The position numbers and the translations under genes were made by a program. The notes beneath the pieces are model-generated. The model was not told where the DNA came from. It made no database searches and saw only the letters and a list, made by a program, of their open reading frames with translations. This document shows, in pieces, positions 17,670-29,600 of a stretch of 64,000 nucleotides of DNA (its first letter is position 1; every line of letters begins with the position of its first letter). The DNA lies in the NCBI GenBank assembly GCA_965279515.1, contig CBDIID010000003.1, forward strand, positions 2,432,001 through 2,496,000, written 5' to 3'. The stretch is from Turneriella sp. Its GTDB lineage: Bacteria; Spirochaetota; Leptospiria; Turneriellales; Turneriellaceae.

Positions 17670-20600
17670 AATACCCGAGCCCCCAGACTACATTTTTTCG
17701 ATTTGGTGACGTTGGTACTCGGTTTTCAAGGGTACCGGTTGAATTCCGGTGATATAATTGCCATCCCCTGTCTTCGCTACCATGACTGCCACCAGGCATT
17801 GGAGTTGAAATAACTGTGCTGGCATCTAAATGTGTCCAGCCACCGTTTTGGTCATTGGATACCTGATCCCAAACCTTAAAGTATTGTTGCCCATTAATTG
17901 TTTCGTTACCCACGATGTTCATTGTGTGGCCAGAAACGCGAATCATCGGATAGCGGCCTTCAGCTAGTTCATTCTGAACAAGCTGTCTCCAATGATCAGG
18001 ATTATCGGCCACACTGCGGAATTCCCATGTTTGACCCGCAGAATTCGTTTCTCTGCCTTGCCATCTCAGATCACTGCCCAACGCATCGGCAAAAAGATCG
18101 TAGTTGCTCAGGTAGCCGTCGCTCGGATTTATTGAACCATTAGCAGTACCTAGCCCGTAAGCTTCTGGCAAGGTGATGTTCCTACCCATCGCCGATGCTA
18201 GATTGGTTCTCGCTCCATTCAAATTGCATGCTTCAGCACCCGCACTGCTAGGTGTCAAATTAAACTGATTAAAGTACTCCGGCGTAAATCCGTTTGCCCC
18301 TGTTGCCAAGCCATCAACAACCCTCGGCGTACTAGAGCCAAATATAGAATTCCATGCACGCTGAAATATGTTCGGCCTATTTGCTTCCGCAGCGGCTCGC
18401 TGCGCTTCTCCCTGCCATGCTGCCAGACTTGCCCGCCCCTCAGCTTGAAGTTGCGTCTGCTGGGCTGTTGTCATCTTGCCACTATGCCAGTCGCTATAAA
18501 GCGTATCCAGAGTTTGGTTCAATTGTGCCTTCTCTTTGTCTGAAAGATTCATGCTCTCTATCATCTTCTGTGCTGTTGGCCGATCTTTCGCATGATAAGC
18601 AGCTTTAACAAGCTCCGCACGTTTCTGCATCATTTGCGCTTGTGCCGCTGCAGCTTCGCCAAACATGACGTTCGTCAATTTCACTTCTTTGCCGTATAGT
18701 TCATGGTTTGCAACAATCAAATCGGTCTCACCAATGTCTTTCCATGTGCCATCAGGGAACATAACTACCAAACCACCGTCGATGTTTGAAAGCGTACCAC
18801 CAAGCTTTGTGGCTACGTAAGCGTGCTCCCTTGTGCCACCGACTTTCTTTGCGTATTCGGTATTTCCTTGGGCAAGTGCACCGTAATCCACCTTATTCCC
18901 GGTGCTGCCGCTCAATGCGGCGATTTTCATCGCCTCAACTTGTGCATTTGTATTAAATCCTGAACCAGAAACGAAGTTTACCGTTTTTTGGAAGGTGTTG
19001 CTGATTCCCGTGCCAAGATCAGAGAAGAAATTCTTCGTCGAATTCCATGCACTGCTCGCACCCCTTCCAATAGCACTTCCCGTATCGCCAACCGCGCTTC
19101 CTATCGCTTTGAACCCATCCAGAATGCCACCCAGCACATCGTTATCCTTCCCTTCCTCACGTCTCGCCGCGATGATCGCACCGCCTCCGATCAGCTCACG
19201 GAATGGTTGCTGGTTGGCCGGTAGACTATTTCGATCGGCACCGCGGTTATTTACCATCTTTGCCATCTCACCGCCCGCATAAGTCCCCAGCGTATTGAAG
19301 ATACCTTCTGGCCCGTACGCATTCCACGCGTTCTTGTCTCCCAAGAGCGATGCAGTAATCGTATTCGCGAGGCGACCCACCTGCGTACCGACCAAATCTG
19401 ACTTGCTCATGTTACCTGCGTAACCCGATGCCACCGTCGATGCCATATTTGCCGCGAACGATGTGCCTGCCTTTTCCCAATTGTAGGCTTTCATCGAACC
19501 GTCATCGTTAAACTGGAAGCCGGACCCCAGTGCGTTGAAGGTCGTTGAAACAGTAGAGCCGGCAGTGCCGCCGCCTAAACCGTATTTGGCGTTGATGCCC
19601 GCACCGAGCATAGAGAAGCCACCCTGAACCAGTGCGCTGAAACCCGCCCCGCGGCTGGGGCCTGAATAGCCCACGCTGCCGTCGGATTGCATCTGAAAAC
19701 CGCTCATCAGATAGCTCGTTGTCTGCTGCGCAGCCGCGCCGACAACCGCATTACCTACTTTAGCTAGATTACTTGTCTCGCCGAAATAATTCAGACCACC
19801 CAGAAAACTGCCTGCAAAGGCGCCCGCTCCCTGAATTAGGCCCATACCCAGCTGACCCCAGCCATTGTTACCCGAAGCAAACGCGGCGCCGGTCTGTACT
19901 ACTGTGTTGGCGCTAGCCATAGCCAGGCTTACCCACATATTGCCCGTCAAGGCTCCGGTAACCGCGCTCGCAACGTTCATCGTTGTGTAGACGACCTGTT
20001 TCTTATCCGCAAGCCGTGTTTCTTCTTCATGTAAACCGCGGTAGGTGAGCTTATTCCATTTACTGCCATTAGCCCAACCACCCAATTCTCCAGAACCTTC
20101 GCTCAACAAATCGCCACCCGGACCTTTCCACTGCGCGATATCGCCGACATAGTCGCCATAGAGGCCCTTTTTGCTGCCGTCGCCACCGACAATCTTGAAC
20201 GCCTGCTCTAACGCCATCGTCTGTACCTCGAAGAACAGTTTCACGTCGGTATCGCGGCCGGTTTCAAGAAATTTGACCATATCGTCGCTCGAAAGCCGCG
20301 TCATACCCGCTTCGGTCATAGCACGCTCCATCATGCCCTCGATATTGGCGTTGCGGTAGGCGACAAATTCGTAATCACCCCACATACCTTCGTCCTTGGT
20401 GTACGTACCACCCTGTTGTGTGTAGCCCGAAGATACGGCCTGTGCCGTAAGCGCGATAGCGACTTTCTCGTCATTTTTCCGGAGCGATTCCTTGAAACTC
20501 TCTATCATCTTCTTAAAGTTTTCGTAGAGTTTGACGTTGTTGAGGATCGCCATTTTCTTTGAAAACTCTGCCATATTCTGTGTGAAGTTTTCTTCCAGAT

Positions 20601-23600
20601 TGCCGTTGTTAAAGCCCTTGAAGTGCGTCGCGTTACCTAATTCCAGCGTCACGTTAAACGCATTGATCGATTTATTGATTTGGCTGAAGATCTTCTCCGA
20701 AGATGGGCGGGTGCTCTCGAAATCGTTCATTGCCTGCGCAACCAGATCAGTTACATTAATTTCGGGTATCTCCGTCTGAATATTGGCGTTGGCTGCCAGA
20801 ACGCGGAGTCTCTCATTCAGGCTTGAACCTGTTGCAGCCAGCATCTTATCCAGCGACTGTTCCATAGCCGCAGTCTTGATCTCTTGCTGCCAGTTTTGTT
20901 TTTCCGCCATGAAAGTTCTGATCTTGTCGTCCCACTGTTTCTTGCCGGCTTCGATCTTGCGGTTCGTGTCGATCTCCCACTGGCGCCACGCCTTCAGGAA
21001 TTTCTGTTCTGACGCATTGAAAGATTCTGTGCCCCGGCTTTCGATGGTTGTCGCCAGATTCTCCCAGCGTGCGCGGGCAGCGTCGAGTTCAGCGCGACGT
21101 AAATCCCACTGCTGCGTCACAAGAGAGGCATTTTGCTGCTGTTGTACCTGGAAGACATTCGTCGAGTTTTCCTGGTAATCGCCCGCAAGAACCTGAAAGC
21201 CCTTGAACTGCTTGCCTTGATTGTCCGCATAGTCCCAAAGTGACCACATGGTTTTCTCGCGCTCGTTGAGCATCAACGTCTGCTCGTGCGCTCCACCTGC
21301 GGTCAAATAGCTTTGTTTCAGGTTGGCACGGAGTGAGTCAGTGTGGTTTGAAGTCAGATTCATTACACGACCCAGATCGTAAGTATCCCACACCCCACCC
21401 GCCGCGATCGGCGCGGTGATGTATTTCGCATAGGTATCGGTCATCGTACCATTATGCGACATCTTCTTGATTTTTATGTACTTATCTCCGTTCAGCCAGT
21501 AGAAGCCACCCTGCATCGTCGACTCCAGATTCTGTGTCGTCGTCTGTGAGGGATCATAAAGGTCTCCGGCTGCCGTCGCGAATTCAGGCGTCTCTGTCAG
21601 CGCCGTGATATTTGAAGCCCGCGCCGCGTCGTTAGTGCAGCTACCCGTCGGCGGGCAGTGCGCGCCCGCCGTGTAAGTTACGCCGGTCGAGTCGATGTAG
21701 TTTTGCTTCGTGTCCCTGACATAGCGCAGGTCGCTGTCTGAAAGGGCGTATTTCGCGTTCTGCCCGCCCCATTGCACAAGGCGATCTTTCAAGACCTGTT
21801 GGCTGGGCGCCTTCGTAAAATAATCCACCGCCGCCTGCGCGATCAGATATTCTTCTTCCTTTTGTTTGATGACGCCTAGTTTGTTACTGATCTGATCCCG
21901 CTGGAAGTTCAGGCCATTAATCTTATTCTGCCAGGTATTATCCTGATCGTTATACTGCATCACCGCCACTGTAATTGCGATGGTGGCCGGAATAATCAGG
22001 CCAAACCCAACTTTCGTATTAAAAGCGCCTGCGGCAAGAAATGGCCCCGCAAAAGCCCCGCCAAAGAGCGAAGCCGCCAATGCAGCAGCCGTCGCGTACA
22101 TACCCTTGGCTATGGCTAAGAATACGCCACCTGCAGCAATGACCGGGGTCATGACGCCTATCGTCCAGTTCATGAAATGCCGCTTTTCTTCCCGCTTCTC
22201 CCATTCCTGAATCATCGAAGCATTGGCGGCTTTAAAAGCGCCGTAATCGCCGGAGTTCAGCTGGCCAGCGGCAGCATAGGCTCTGAACTGATCTAAAAGA
22301 GCTTTATCTGCGGGGTTCAGCCCGTTATAGGCTGCCAGCTTCTGATTTCGATCGTTATGAACGGCAGCCTCATTCATCCCGTTTTCCGTCGTGCCCGCGA
22401 TGAAAATATTTCCACCCGATTCGTAGGCGCCCTCGGTATAGAACATGCCTGAAAGTACATCCATCAAGGCCCCATTGCCACCTGATGCTTTGATTGCCAT
22501 CAAAGTCGCAATGGACTTATCCCGATTGTAAACCTGCGGCTTGTTATTGGGGTCGGTTGGTTTAATCAGATTATCTTTGGCTTCATTATACGCTGCCAGC
22601 TTTAGTGCCGCGATGGCTTTACGTTTTTCGATTTCAGCATTCAGTATCTCCTGCGCCTTTTTGACGCGGATCATCCGCTCGCTTTCGAGTACGTATTCCT
22701 TACGCGCATCGATGAAATTCTGGTACGTCGCGCGCATTGCTGTTTCCTGCGCGGTTAAAGGCAGGCCCTGGTCGATCTTGGTGATCAGGTCAGAGAGCTG
22801 CGTCAGGGTATCCTGCGTGCGTACTTCGTCCGCTTTCGCCGTTAGCTGCGCCTGTGTCTGGTCGTAGCGCTGCTTCGCAGAGAGATACATCTGGTAAGCG
22901 TCGGCTTCGTTGGCGCTCGATGCCTGCGTTGATGAAGCGAAGAGGTAAGCCGTGGTGGCGAAATCTTTCACCGCCGCCTTTTTTTCATAGTCGGAGTTCT
23001 CTACCTGGAAGTTTTTGAATGCCCCCGACATGGTATTCAGCGCATCCGTATAGTAGGTAAAATGCTGCACATAGGTATTCTTCAGAGCCGTTTGCGCCGC
23101 AATCTGTGTATTGTATGCCGCTTCGGCCGCGTTCAGGTCTGCATAGACCTGGTTAAACTGCTGGTTGAGAAACCCGCGCGCGTTCGAACCTAAGAGCACA
23201 TCGCGGTGCGCCGCTTCGGCGAGCTTCTGCCGCGAATCGCGCACTGCAGCGGTGTTTTGCTCGATCGCTTTCTGTTTACCCAGGACGACATTTTCAGAAA
23301 GCCCTGTGGTCGCGTTATCGTCGAGTAACTGCGTATTGCGGCTGTCTTTAACCGCCGTGACCGCGTTTTTCAGGTCGTCGATACTACCGCCACCCTTGAA
23401 GGTAGTAATCGCACCAAGAAGGCCAGCCACCACCTGCGCGCGCCCGTTATTCGCAGAGGCAGCGTCGGTGGTCTCGGCCATCGCGAAGATACTCGCTAAA
23501 GCACGGTTCATACCCGACACAGCGGTAAGATAGTTGTTGGCAAGGTGCTCGCTGAACGCGACGGTTAAATCGGGATTTGCATCGGTGTTTACCTTATTAA

Positions 23601-26600
23601 TCGATTGCAGGTTGGCATTGAATGTGTCGGGGCCGACAGTCCACGAAACCTGATCTGCGGGTAAAACCGGCGCAGCGTCGCTCACAAGCTGTGCGCCATA
23701 GGTACCCGCTGCAAACATCGCCTCCAGGGCTGCCCCGGCATAACCCGCGCCGCCATTTAAGACATTCTGTTTGAGAGTCTTGCCCTGAAGATAAGCGGGC
23801 AGTGTTGCCGGAGTTTCATTGGGGAAGAGTACCCGCTGCTTATCGGCAACTGATTTTACGAAAGATCGGTAATCGAGAAACAGCGAGCCGCCATTCGCAA
23901 GGTTTGCCGTATCGCCGCGCAGCGCCGCAAAGCGTTTCAGGTTATCCGCAACAGCATAGTTGCGGCCGAAGACGCGCTGCCTGCCCGTCGTCACTGCCTG
24001 GTTGTTTTTTAGCTTCTGGCCTATGGCATCGGTGACAGCCGTTAAATTCGCCTGCGCGAGCGCCTCGGCGACCTTGATTTCATAAGATACGTCGGTCGCA
24101 AAAGTCGCGTTCGTCAGCGAGGCATCGCTCATGAGCCGAGCCACCTTGTTACGCTGCGCGGTGGTTTCCTGAATCGTGTTGAAAAACTGTGTCAGGCGGG
24201 ATTGTTCCGCTTCAAAAAAACCCTTTTCCTGCGTGTTGAGTTCCGCCGCCATTTTGGCGAAGTCGGCCGCCGTAATGGTGGTCGCCCCCAGGGTTACGCC
24301 AGTACCACTGCCCTGCATATATTGCGCAAAGGCTTTGTAGAATTCGTTAAAATTCTGCGTCGCGGCAGCTCTGAGCGCCGGCGTCGACAGATGCTCCGCG
24401 GCCGCGCGCACCGTCGTTTCTGATTTAGAGAGATCGCCCTTAAAAAGTATGCCAGAGACACTAACAGGCAGGCTTACATAGGTCGTAAGTTCCGTGAGAT
24501 AATCACCCATGAACTTACGGTTTTCCGCAGAGAGCTTCGTACCCAAAGATAGCGCATAGTCGTCGAAGGCCGTTTTATTCTGGGGATTAAGTCCGTTGTA
24601 GAAAGTATTCGCTGCGGCATTACCGGCGAGGGATAACCCAAGCACAGTCATCCATGCTGCGAGCATGAAGCCTGCTTCGTTATTCTGCGCCAGGTCGCGT
24701 ACGCGCGCCGATGCGCCTTCCAGCGCCGAGTAAGAGGCGTTCTCTAAAGCAGAGAGATTGGCGCGATTTGCAATAAATCCCTCTTTTGCTACCGGATCGG
24801 CAGAGAAGACATTTTCTACCGTCGCCGTCAGGCGCAGGTTAAAGAGCGCCTGTGAGGGTGAGGGCGGCTGACCCGCCGAACCCGCCGCGACCTTTGTCGC
24901 CAAAGCGATGTCGTTGAAATAGGTATTCAGCGTTGCTTCCACGGCGGCACTGATCGTGTAACCGCTGGTGGAGATCATCTGCGCAATTTGCGCGTTCGTC
25001 ATCATACCGGCATCGAGCGCAAGATTCTCCGAAAGTTTTTGTTTCAGATAAACTGTCTTCAGTGCATCCGACAGCGAATTGGTATATCCCTGTCCGGTTG
25101 TCTTATAGTTTGCAATTGCGGTGAGCGCCGCAGGTAACAACGTGTCGGCGTTCACACGCGCATCGCTGGCAAACGTCGCCGCACTCATCACTCCTGAATA
25201 AAGAGACGGCATATAGACAGAGAGATTACCACCACCGTTGTTATTGAGACCGTAATATGCGAAGGCCTTGTTCCTGAAATCGACAAGTTCGATATTGCCA
25301 GAGAGCTGGTCTTTGAGCTCTACCCCGCTGATTCTGTAGGTATTATCGTTAAGAAACGTATCGAAGAATGTTTTGAATGCTGCGGCGTTCATACCAGCAG
25401 CGGGATTATTCGTCTGCAGATAATCGTCGAATTTCGCCATAAGAATTCGTGTTCTGAACTCTTTGGCTTCTGTGTTGACATCAACCTGGTTGGCGAGACC
25501 CGGATTCAAATCCGTCCCGAGGGCGCTGTGCCGTGCGTGCAGAATAATGTTTCTGAACTCATTTAAGAGATCGGAACCTGTTACCGATGCATCGATTTTG
25601 CGGCTCAGGAGATACTGTGCGATGAATCCGTTTGTATCCTTAGCACCTCCGCCTGCCAGGTAATCCTGAAGCGCCTGGCCTGAACCCGCCGCGCCGCCTT
25701 CGTCCAAAAAGCTGTAGAAATCATTCAGGTAGAAATGCCGCTGCATTTCCTGCGGATGCCCCGAAAGGTTGAGCGATGCGCGGTTCTGTTCGTCTGCAAT
25801 AGTAGAGTTCTTAAGCCTTAGGAATTCCTGATATGCGGCATTGAGGTCGTTATAACCCCGGAGCAGAATAAAATTCCTGACTTCAACGGGATAATCTGCG
25901 GCGGTAAAATTCGAAGCATAGTGGTATCGGTTAAGCGCCGCTGTCAGCTCTGACTGCCGTGCAAGGTCGGTGAATTTTTGCTGTTCCGTTGCCGATGGGT
26001 TAGCCAGTAAAGCCGTAAAATTCGTGAGCTCTGTTCTGAACTGGCCGAGTGGCATGCCGGCATTCAAGCCCTGCATCAGGTACTTAATCTCTGCGGCATA
26101 ATCCTGCTGCATTTCAGGCACGTTGGCAGTATTCGCCATCCAGGTATTAACCAGCCCGATCGCTGTTGCCGTCGTCGTCGCACCGGGAATGGAGTTCAAG
26201 TAAGCATCCAGCGCAGTCCTGAAACTGTCGGCACGTACCGCCTGCTGGGCGATAAAGGCATCAATCGACGCCCCGGCACTTCCGGCCGCCTGATACAGAT
26301 CGCGCGGCGAAAGCGCGTTGAGTTCGCTCTTGACCTGCGTTGTAAAGGCGTCGCCCTGCAACGCATTGAGCAACATGCTCTTGAGGCTCCCTGCATGAGT
26401 CACAGGGTCACCAACGACAGGGTTAGCTGTGACAATATCCCATAACTTCGATAAGTAAAGTTCCGATGCGCTGGAGCCCGTCAGGTATGCGGTTACTCCC
26501 GCGACAAAGTTGGCATCAGCTGTGATGTTGGTGATACTCGTCTGTATCGCGGCGGTTTTCAGTACATCGACGCCCGCGATGAATTCAGAGACGGAGAGCA

Positions 26601-29600
26601 CCTTGTTCTGCGCATACGCGGCCTGGCGCGCTTCTAAGAATTGCTTCTGAATCTTTGCACTGTAAAGTTGCTCGCGCACTTCCTTGAGCTGGCCTGATAA
26701 AGCAAAGAGTTCCGTCAGTGAATCGTGTACCGCTGCATCGGGCCCGACCGCAGTCACGCTAAAGAGATTCAGCAAGTCTTTGTTCTGTGTTTTAGAGAGT
26801 TCCGCAACAAAAGCGGAATACGCGCCGAGCGGAGAGGTGCCGTTTGCCGTGTCGTAATTTGACATCGCATTATTGATGTTCTGGTAAAACGCCAGAACCT
26901 TGGCAATATTCTTTAACCGCTCGGTTTCCAGAGTGCGCGTATTATCGGTGTTGGTATTGATCGTTGCAACAGCAGTTTGGCGGTTCGCAATATAGGCCTG
27001 TGCACTTAAATACTCAATTAGGGAGCTTTCCAGGCCAGAGATCGCCTGTTTCAGGTTGTCTGGTACGGTTTTGCGTTCAGCCTGCGCACGATCGACGTAC
27101 TGCGTCAGCACCGCCACCCAGTTCTCCAGAGACGAACCAGACTGATTACCCCCCAGAAGCACGGAGATATCCGCACTCGCAGGTGTTGTTCCGGGGAGGT
27201 TATTCGCAGTTAAGAATGCCGTATCGACCAGCGGTTGACCCGACACGTCGCGGCGAATATTACCATATGCATCTTTCTGGTAAAAGCCGATAACCTGCTT
27301 GATGGTATCCGCAAGGCCTTGCTCGGCCGCAGCCTGTTCTGCGCGGTAGCTTGCATCCTTAACGGCAGACCATTCGGAGTTTAAGCGGCGGTAACCTTCT
27401 TCTTCAATACGGTACTGCCAGAGCGAGTTTTGCACGAACGGCGCCATCACAAGAGATGATCCCCGGCTGATAAGCTCTGACGCATACGCCCGTAGTGGAT
27501 CGATCGTTGTGCGTAGGGCACCCGCGTCGATATTCAGTTGATCGATGTCATTTTGTAGTGCCGTCTTCTCATTTGTCTTCTGCGTGATTTCGTTATTAAT
27601 AGCGGTCAATTCACCACCAGATACCGTGAGCGCCAAAGCTGTGAGCGTTGCGATATCGCCGTCGATTCCCTGTATCGCGACGGCTTTTGTTTGAATCTGA
27701 CCGATCTTGGCTGCGAGCTGCGTTTCATACGTACGCGCTTCGCGGTCTTTGGAAAGGTATTGTTCCTTCGCCCAGATTGCACCGTAATTCAGGTTGAGCT
27801 TCTGCAGCTCTTGCGTCATGCCATTGCGGGCATTGGTCAGATCGGCGACCAGATTCACCGTACTGCCTTCGTTAACGTAATGGCCGATATACGACTGTAT
27901 GATGAAACGCGTGTCATCCGCCTGCTGTGGCGTCAGGGAATTCAGGTAACTTGTAAGAGCTGCCTGCGCAGCCGTCGCATTCGGCGCGCCTAAGATCGTT
28001 GTCAGTTGATTGCGCAGAGCACCGCGCGTTGAATTAAAGTTGGTTACCCAGGCATCTGTCGCTGATTGCGGCGCCTGGCTCGTTACGTCTGAGAAAATCT
28101 GATTTTTTTGCTGGTAAAACTGCACCTCCTCCAGGAATTTTTGCCATTTTTGTTCGATTGTCTGCCCACCGGGGGGCGGTATCGATGACAGGTTGTCGAT
28201 GCGGGCTTTAACGTTCGCGTCGGTTAAGTAGCTCCTCACGATCCACAGTTTTTCGAGTGTTACATTAAAGCTTGTATCCGTCTTACCTTCGAAGAGACCA
28301 AAATCATAGCTGGAACCATTCACCCAGGCATTGCCGGCATTGTTGCGCTGATTGCCACCGAGAATCTGCGCAATCTGATCGTCGACTGTCTTAAGCAGCG
28401 TTTCGCTGTTCGAAACCGCCTGATTATTGCCGGTGATAACGGCGCTGACGAGGCCTTGCAGGTGATTCACAGCAGCTTCGTTGAGGCGTTCATACTGAGC
28501 ATTGGTACGCGTCACCGCGTCGCCGACTTCTTTCTGCAGCGTCGTCGCATTTAATATGGCCGTCTGCCCGCCCAGGTTCGACTGGGTGTCCAAAAGGTAG
28601 TCCAGGGCTTCGGAGTTAATTTTCTTCTCCATGCGCAGGCTAACGATAAAGCCGTCGATGTTCTGCCGCAGGGCTTCGGTTGCGATCAGTAATTCTTTTT
28701 CTTTCTGTGCTATCGTCGCGGCATTGCCGCCACCAATGGCTGTTTGCAGCGCAGTCTGCGCAAGTACATAGGCGTTCTTGCGTGTTTCAATACCGTCGAA
28801 AAGATCGATCGTCTGCGACCAGTTGACAACAGGGCCCGTACGCTTCAGAAAATCGTTTTCTTTCGCCTTGAAGTCGGCGGCAATCGTCGCAATATCCTTA
28901 CCGGCAAAGCCCGCTGTGAGCATCGTGTCGAGCTCCGCCGTCTGTGTACGCGCGACTTTCAGGTTTTCAATGGATTGAAGTACTTTCGTCGTGAATCCTA
29001 AATCTTTCTGCGCTTCGGTGCGCTCTCTGAGCAGGCGGTAATAATCGAGCTCGGAGGCGGAGACCACGTCTTTCATTTCAGTCACGCCGTTAACGAGCAC
29101 CATACGGTTGGTTACAGCAGCCAGCTGCTGTCCCATGTTCGATATTTCGGTCGCGATAATCGCTTGCGAATTAGGCAATGCGATAACGTCGAAATTCTTT
29201 TTCGTCTGACGATAGATATCCTGTTGCAAATCGTATGCCGCTTTTGCGCCGGCGACAACAACAGCCTGCGCTTCGATCAGGCTCTTATCGGCCTGAAGCT
29301 GCGCGCCGAGTTCCGTCAGGTTCATGAGAAGGGGATTTCCCGGCACCATAGCGCCTTTAACGTCGGCGATGATCGCAGCGAGTTCTGAAAAACGGTAATT
29401 GCCCTGAAGGTCAGTGAGGGATTGATTTAAGGCGTTTGCCGCGGCTTTCAGCTGCGTCCAGCGCTGCTGTTTTTCGAGAAGCGCGTCGCCGGTAAGACCG
29501 ACGGTCCACTCGTTCTTCAGCTGGATGAGCTTATCGGAAAACTGCTGCAGATAATGCACGTTGTTTGCAGTGCCCGAGGGCGTTGCCGGATTTGTTCCAC

